Origin: Fibrobacteria bacterium
GTDB lineage: Bacteria > Fibrobacterota > Fibrobacteria > UBA11236
Length of the DNA: 64,000 nucleotides
NCBI GenBank assembly: GCA_041746255.1
Contig: JBGTHM010000081.1
Coordinates: 1-64,000 of the forward strand
Direction of reading: 5' to 3'
In this document: in pieces, positions 58,673 through 64,000 of the stretch
Position numbering within the stretch: position 1 is the first letter of the stretch
How the letters are laid out: the number at the start of each line of letters is the position of its first letter
The notes under the pieces: model-generated
Databases searched by the model: none
What the model was told of the DNA's origin: nothing
Seen by the model: only the letters and a program-made list of their open reading frames with translations
Program-made: the position numbers and the translations under genes

Positions 58673-61492
58673 ATGAATCGTTCCATTGTCTCAATATTGG
58701 TAACCGCTTGCTCCTGGGGGCTTCTCGTCAGTGTGCAACCCGACTCCCTGTTTGCCCAGGCTTCGACCGCCACGCTCAATTTGACCGGCAAGGTGGCCGG
58801 TTCCGATTCCGTTCCCCATGCGGGCGCCACAGTGCGGCTCCTCAAATCCGGTTTGACTACGAGCACCGATGCCCATGGCCGTTTCACGCTTATCGGGCCG
58901 TTGTCGCTGATTCCCGGGAATAAGCATGGCTTCGGGACAGTATCCCCATCTATTCGTTTAGGAAATTTGATTTTCAATGCTCACGGTGGCGTGCCCATTG
59001 AAGTGGAAGTACTGGATTTGCGTGGACGCCGCCTGGGTCATGGTAGTTTTCCTGCATTGGAGTCGGGATCCTATCAATTGCATTTGGGAGCCCTGGTTCC
59101 CGATGCCGGTTCCATGGATGTTCTGGTCCGATTGCACAGCGGAAGCGAAACCACCTCCTGGAAAGTACCCGGGTTGTTACTGCGGACCTCGTCCGGCGGC
59201 GGCCGGAACCCCGTGCGCCAAACCTATCTTGATGCATCTCTAGCCAAGTCGGCGGCGGCCGCGGTGGATACGTTACGGGTTTCGGGGGTGGGATTCGAAG
59301 AACGTGATTTTCCCGTCACGGCATGGAACGGGGATCTCGGAACCCTGGTGGTTCAGCCTCAGGGAGCCGGCAAGACTCTGGCCATTGCCTACCGTCGCGC
59401 TTCCACCCAAGTGGAATTCGGAGTGAACCGATTGGCTGCCGCCTTGCGTAAGCTTGGGTATACTCCCGTATTCCAGGACCTCACAGCGGCGAATTTGGAA
59501 ACCGCCATACTCGTTCGCGCCGGCGCCGACGATAAGCCTCCGGCCGCCGAATTCTCGGGGTTACCGGCGATTCCCAGCGGCTTGCGTGCGGAGGGTTTTC
59601 GCATTGGCGCGGTGCCGGCCGGAGGGCGATCCCTGCATGCCGTGGACGGCGCGGATGAAAGCGGGGCCATGTACGGCCTTTTGGAATTGGCGGAACAGAT
59701 TTCCATGAACTCATCGGTTACCCATCTTCCGGTAAAGCAGGTAGACGCTCGCTTCCCCTTTCGGGCCGTCAAGTTCAACCTCCCCTGGTCCACCTATCGA
59801 AACAGCCCCTTCCTTTCCGAGAATACCCCCATCGTGCGCGACACGGTGTATTGGGCAAAGTTTCTCGACATGATGGCCGAGAACCGTTTCAATACCCTCA
59901 CCCTCTGGAATCTGCACCCCTTTCCCTATCTGGTGCGCGCGAAAAGTTTCCCCAAGGCCTCGCCCTTCTCCGATGCCGAGTTCGCCGAGTGGACGGTGTT
60001 CTGGACCCGTCTCTTCCGCATGGCCAAGGACAGAGGCATTGCGACCTATCTGGTAAATTGGAACATTTTCGTCAATCAGCAATTCAAGACGAATTACGAT
60101 GCGGGAGCCAAGATTGATAATCATCACATTGGCGATGGAAAAACCTCCGCCCAGATAGAGGCCTATACGCGGGAAAGCGTGACCCAGGTGCTGGATGAAT
60201 ATCCCGACCTTACCGGCCTGGGCGTTTCGCTCGGTGAGATGATGGGGGGTATGACCCCGAACCAGCGCGAAGATTGGGTTTTAAAAACCGTGGTCGCCGG
60301 CATGAAGGCGGCCAAGCGACCTTCACGGCTCATCCATCGGGCGCCCTTCTCAGCGGGTACGGGATCGGGAGGTTCGGCCAGCCGCGAAACCGAGACCATG
60401 ACCCGCAACGCTTTGGAGACGATTGATCTCCCGGGGCCCATTTGGGTGGAAGCCAAGTTCAACTGGTCGCATGGCCATAGCACTCCCAAGCTGGTGCATA
60501 CCCATGGAGGCGAGCTTACCGACGCCTATTGGAATCCCAAACCCAAAAATTACTCCATGACCTGGATGATCCGTAACGAGGATTTTTTCATCCTGCGTTG
60601 GGGACAGCCGGATTTTATTCGCGAGCATATCGCCCTTAACGGGCAGGATTACGTGGGAGGTTATTTCGTCGGATCCGAAACCTACATTCCGGCCAAGGAT
60701 TTTTCGCATAAGACCGGACATGCCCACCTTACCTGGTCCTACGCCTTCCAGAAACAATGGCTGTTTTATAAACAATGGGGCAGACTCTTATACGATCCAT
60801 CCGTTCCGGACAAGGTTTTTGCGCATGGTTTCGATTCGCGGCATGGAGGCAACGATGGTGCGGCGATGGTTAAAGCCTATTCCCTGGCTAGTCAGATGCC
60901 TTTGCGCCTCGCCTCCTTCTTCACCAGCAGATGGGATTTCACTCTCTATTCGGAAGGCTTCTACGCCCTTCCTGATTTTATCACTCTAGAGCGCCTCATC
61001 AATCAGAAAACGCTTGATCCCGATTACCTCGACATCAAGGCCCATGTGAACAATGTTATAGCCAAACGGTCGACTCCCGCGGGAAAAATCGATCCGATAA
61101 TGCTGGCGAATAATCTGGAAGCGGACGCTAAGGTTTCTCTCTCCCAGGTTGCTTCCATCAATGCGGGGTCACGGCAGGCCCTGCAATGTGAGATGGAAGA
61201 TATTCGCGCCTGGTCGGCTATGTCCCTATACTTCGCGGCCAAGTTGCGAGGTGGCGTTGCTCTACAAACCTTCCGGCGAAATGGAGTCGCCGGGGAAAAG
61301 GTCAAGGCGGTTGACTTCATGAAAACGGCGGCGGGGCATTGGAAAGAACTCGTGGCGATTACCCAAGCCCATTACCAGCCCATTCCGCTGGTCCATTTCA
61401 CCGAAAATGGTGTTTATCAGCACAAAAAATTTTCCTGGGATTTGATGCTGCCGGCGGTGACGAAGGATATTGCTGTAGCCGAGGGAGGATGA
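58673..61492 (+). CDS. Large secreted protein with accessory beta-domains and a putative glycoside-hydrolase-like (beta/alpha)8 domain
   Basis: Signal peptide, a carboxypeptidase-regulatory-like segment, a VEVLDLRGRRL CTD-like segment, a GH20/GH67-type N-domain (EGF.I....G.D..G.MYG..EL) and a barrel (FLDMMAENRFN.L.LW..HPF). Confidence 0.65.
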   Translation: MNRSIVSILVTACSWGLLVSVQPDSLFAQASTATLNLTGKVAGSDSVPHAGATVRLLKSGLTTSTDAHGRFTLIGPLSLIPGNKHGFGTVSPSIRLGNLIFNAHGGVPIEVEVLDLRGRRLGHGSFPALESGSYQLHLGALVPDAGSMDVLVRLHSGSETTSWKVPGLLLRTSSGGGRNPVRQTYLDASLAKSAAAAVDTLRVSGVGFEERDFPVTAWNGDLGTLVVQPQGAGKTLAIAYRRASTQVEFGVNRLAAALRKLGYTPVFQDLTAANLETAILVRAGADDKPPAAEFSGLPAIPSGLRAEGFRIGAVPAGGRSLHAVDGADESGAMYGLLELAEQISMNSSVTHLPVKQVDARFPFRAVKFNLPWSTYRNSPFLSENTPIVRDTVYWAKFLDMMAENRFNTLTLWNLHPFPYLVRAKSFPKASPFSDAEFAEWTVFWTRLFRMAKDRGIATYLVNWNIFVNQQFKTNYDAGAKIDNHHIGDGKTSAQIEAYTRESVTQVLDEYPDLTGLGVSLGEMMGGMTPNQREDWVLKTVVAGMKAAKRPSRLIHRAPFSAGTGSGGSASRETETMTRNALETIDLPGPIWVEAKFNWSHGHSTPKLVHTHGGELTDAYWNPKPKNYSMTWMIRNEDFFILRWGQPDFIREHIALNGQDYVGGYFVGSETYIPAKDFSHKTGHAHLTWSYAFQKQWLFYKQWGRLLYDPSVPDKVFAHGFDSRHGGNDGAAMVKAYSLASQMPLRLASFFTSRWDFTLYSEGFYALPDFITLERLINQKTLDPDYLDIKAHVNNVIAKRSTPAGKIDPIMLANNLEADAKVSLSQVASINAGSRQALQCEMEDIRAWSAMSLYFAAKLRGGVALQTFRRNGVAGEKVKAVDFMKTAAGHWKELVAITQAHYQPIPLVHFTENGVYQHKKFSWDLMLPAVTKDIAVAEGG

Positions 61493-61541
61493 GTGTCCGT
61501 CCCCTCGGACCATGGAAGCGCCGCTTCGGCTTCGCTGGACA

Positions 61542-62069
61542 TCAACCGTTGCCGCGACGCAGCGGTCGGGAGTTGTCTATCAATTCGGGAGAGCGGCTGC
61601 GCGCGAAATAAACCCTAGTGGTCAAATCGATTTTGAGATCCGCCAACTCCCGCCAGGGAAGTAATACCGCGTAACCGGCTTCGAAACTATCGCGTAGTCG
61701 ATCCGGCAGCGCCGCCTGCGAAGGAGCCGCTTCCGCAGCGGGATTGGTGGGAAGCACGATCCCGATCAGACCGTTTTTGCGGTCCAGGGTAGCCTTGATT
61801 TCCCAATCCACGAATTTGCTTTGATGGGTATGGGCTCCGCATAAAACCACGGTGCAGCCCGCGTCTCCCATTCCGCTCTCATTAAGGTGATGGAAAAAGG
61901 GCCCTTCGTTCTGGGTATCCAATTCGCGGTCGAGGGAATTGTCCCGCACGATTTCATATTGCGACGCATAAAGGCGCGAGAAGGCCTCATAGAAATTGCC
62001 GTCGCTATAGTGGTCATAGCTGACGAAAAGGCGGTCTTTTTTCTTTTGGAATAAACCTTTACCAGACAT
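61542..62069 (-). CDS. Stand-alone TIR domain protein (MTH538/DUF1863, ThsB-like)
   Basis: LFVSYDH..D, TVVLCG..T..SKFVDWEI.ATL...NGLIGI and LP.RL. The putative catalytic Glu in WEI is retained. Confidence 0.8.
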   Translation of the reverse strand: MSGKGLFQKKKDRLFVSYDHYSDGNFYEAFSRLYASQYEIVRDNSLDRELDTQNEGPFFHHLNESGMGDAGCTVVLCGAHTHQSKFVDWEIKATLDRKNGLIGIVLPTNPAAEAAPSQAALPDRLRDSFEAGYAVLLPWRELADLKIDLTTRVYFARSRSPELIDNSRPLRRGNG

Positions 62070-62164
62070 GCTGACAATATCCTAAAATTCCGCGTCGACT
62101 TCTAAGCCCCCTTTCCAGAGCTACCGCAGTACCCTTGGCGTTCGCATTTGAGTACCTTTTTGGG

Positions 62165-62944
62165 ATGTCGAAGCCTTTGCTCCAAATCGAAAATCTCCGC
62201 GTCGAATTCACCTCGGGAAAGCAGAAGGTGGTTGCCGTCAAGGACGTAAACCTGAATATCGGCGAACATTCCACTTTGGGTTTGGTCGGCGAATCGGGTA
62301 GCGGAAAGACCACGGTGGGGCGCTCCATCATCCGGCTGGTCAAGGCCCAGGGCGGAAGCATCCGTTATAAGGGCGAAGAAATCCTGGGAATTTCCGAAGG
62401 CCGGTTTCTGCCCTTCCGGAAAAAAATCCAGATGATTTTCCAGGATCCCTATTCCTCTCTCGATCCCCGCCTCAACATTCGCGGCAGTTTGCGCGAGGCG
62501 CTTTCGCTGGGACGGCCCGATGAGCCCAAGCATTGGGAAGACGTCATGGCCGAAAAGATGAATCTGGTGGGACTCGACCCGGTTTATCTCTCCCGCTACC
62601 CTCACGAATTTTCCGGCGGCCAGCGGCAGCGCATCGGCATTGCCCGCGCTCTTTGCGTCGAGCCTGAGTTCCTAATCTGCGATGAGCCGGTATCCTCGCT
62701 GGACGTTTCCATCCAGGCCCAGATTCTCAACTTAATGATGGAATTACAGGACAGGCTGGGTCTCAGCCTGCTTTTCATCAGCCACGACTTACGCGTGGTG
62801 AAGCATATTTCCCAAACGGTGGCGGTGATGCGTCGCGGTGAAATCGTGGAGTATAGCGAAACCGAAGAGCTGTATGGGGATCCGCGCCATGAGTATACGC
62901 GCGAGCTCTTGGCCGCCATACCCGGACGCATCCTTTCCGCCTGA
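62165..62944 (+). CDS. oppF: Oligopeptide ABC transporter ATP-binding subunit (OppF/DppF-like)
   Basis: GESGSGKT, FQDPYSSLDPR, YPHEFSGGQRQRIGIARAL, CDEPVSSLDVSIQAQ and HEYT. Confidence 0.9.
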   Translation: MSKPLLQIENLRVEFTSGKQKVVAVKDVNLNIGEHSTLGLVGESGSGKTTVGRSIIRLVKAQGGSIRYKGEEILGISEGRFLPFRKKIQMIFQDPYSSLDPRLNIRGSLREALSLGRPDEPKHWEDVMAEKMNLVGLDPVYLSRYPHEFSGGQRQRIGIARALCVEPEFLICDEPVSSLDVSIQAQILNLMMELQDRLGLSLLFISHDLRVVKHISQTVAVMRRGEIVEYSETEELYGDPRHEYTRELLAAIPGRILSA

Positions 62945-62965
62945 CCTTGATGATGGGTCCGACTT

Positions 62966-63973
62966 TCAGCGCCAGGCTTTGTGTAATTCCTGCGTGAGCA
63001 ACTTCCGTCCCCCTGCATCCAGGTGAATGCCGTCGGAATAGGTGTAAGCCACCCCTGGCGGCGGCCGGGAAAGGTCCAAGAAGCGAATGCCCAATTGATC
63101 GCATCGCGCCCGGAAGGCGGACATGTACTTGACATGCGCCTCCGCTCCGTCCAATAGGCTGTCCGCGGGTGGGCAGGGGAGCCGCAGCATCCACAACTCA
63201 ACTCCCGCCGATTGCGCCAGTTCGGCTAATTCCTCCAGTCCGGAATCGAAGCCGCCTGAACCCCCTTCCGCGTCATGGCCCCCGCCGTGAGCTTCCAAGG
63301 CGTCCTCGGCCCAGCGGGCGAAAGTCGCTTCCGCTCCGGCGGCCATGCGAAAGGGATTGAAGGCGGTATCGGGGGCGAAAGTCTGCGGATGGCCGGAGGG
63401 AATCCATGCCGCCACCCTTTCCTGAATCCGGGCCTGGGTTTCGAGGCGATGGTGATAACCGTACCAGTTCTTATGCAGAAAAAAGCGGAATTCTTCCATC
63501 CCGGAAATTCGGCCCCCACGTAGACGCAGAAAATCGTCCCGGGTCATCGAATCGATCAAGGCCAGAGAGGTCCTTTCTTGGTTTTGCAGAGGATCGAATT
63601 TTTCCTCCGATCGGGCGTAGGGGAAGAAACCGGTTTCCACTACCAATTTCTGTGGTGTTCCGTTCGGCAGGACATGGTTCTCGAAAATAAGGCGATAGGC
63701 CGATTCTCCCTTCAATCCCGCGAGGGCGAGGTTGAAGTGGCGCGCTTTCGGCCCGGCGCCCGCGAGTGTATCCAACAGAGAGACGTCCACCCCGGCATCG
63801 GTGAGGGAACTGCCCAAGAACACGGTGTGGGCAGCGGGAAGAGGTGGCTGATAGCGCGCGAGCACCTGGCGGGGCAAGGTGGTTTTCACCGTATGCCGCG
63901 TGTAAAGCTCCGCCGCCAGTAGACTGGATAAAACGATAAGCCCCAGGGCGGCGAGGTTGCGGCCCGGGCGCAT
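62966..63973 (-). CDS. SGNH/GDSL-like periplasmic protein (AlgJ/DltD/DUF1574-like)
   Basis: N-terminal TM, FLGSS, FNLALAG and DGIHL. The frame stays open to the window end, so the true start may lie outside it. Confidence 0.65.
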   Translation of the reverse strand: MRPGRNLAALGLIVLSSLLAAELYTRHTVKTTLPRQVLARYQPPLPAAHTVFLGSSLTDAGVDVSLLDTLAGAGPKARHFNLALAGLKGESAYRLIFENHVLPNGTPQKLVVETGFFPYARSEEKFDPLQNQERTSLALIDSMTRDDFLRLRGGRISGMEEFRFFLHKNWYGYHHRLETQARIQERVAAWIPSGHPQTFAPDTAFNPFRMAAGAEATFARWAEDALEAHGGGHDAEGGSGGFDSGLEELAELAQSAGVELWMLRLPCPPADSLLDGAEAHVKYMSAFRARCDQLGIRFLDLSRPPPGVAYTYSDGIHLDAGGRKLLTQELHKAWR

Positions 63974-64000
63974 GCGCCGTGAACCGCGCGCCACTTCGTA

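Noticed and set aside
61542..62069. A complete Thoeris system
   Set aside because: There is no ThsA-like gene on either side.
1..64000. CRISPR arrays, tRNA/rRNA genes, transposases and integrases
   Set aside because: None seen. Intergenic gaps are short and lack periodic repeats or tRNA-like arms. Small structured RNAs could be missed without a covariance search.

Overview
A gene-dense bacterial chromosomal window, roughly 55-58% GC by eye. A giant TPR protein, a TPR lipoprotein, a CcoNO-fused cbb3 oxidase and a secreted protein with a CTD-like module suggest an FCB-group organism, possibly Fibrobacterota (inference only). From left to right: a TPR protein of more than 2180 aa that starts before the window; a 14.5 kb minus-strand gene run (pepA, guaA, hflX, DUF58, BatA, aroE, fused aroKB, a degenerate sugar-epimerase SDR, a mraY-like gene, a UAP1-type UDP-HexNAc pyrophosphorylase and an LpxL-like acyltransferase); a NifA-like sigma-54 activator; an acyltransferase-3; a full cbb3 cytochrome oxidase cluster; a lower-GC islet; DUF2079, recG, a HAD hydrolase, carB, a TPR lipoprotein, rlpA and a GT2; the yceD-rpmF-plsX-fabH-fabD-fabG-acpP-rnc cluster with a lipoate ligase; oppD and oppF ATPase genes separated by cfa, an FAD/Rieske oxidoreductase, a membrane protein, a secreted glycoside-hydrolase-like protein and an orphan ThsB-like TIR; and an SGNH-like protein. 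The best candidate for an undescribed system is the islet at about 32960-35240. It holds an intact two-gene module (a wHTH/Panacea-like plus DUF488 protein, and an uncharacterised partner) between short, unannotated remnants of type I restriction-modification hsdR and hsdM genes. I saw no rRNA, tRNA, CRISPR array or transposase. All family calls come from motif recognition by eye, not from database searches.
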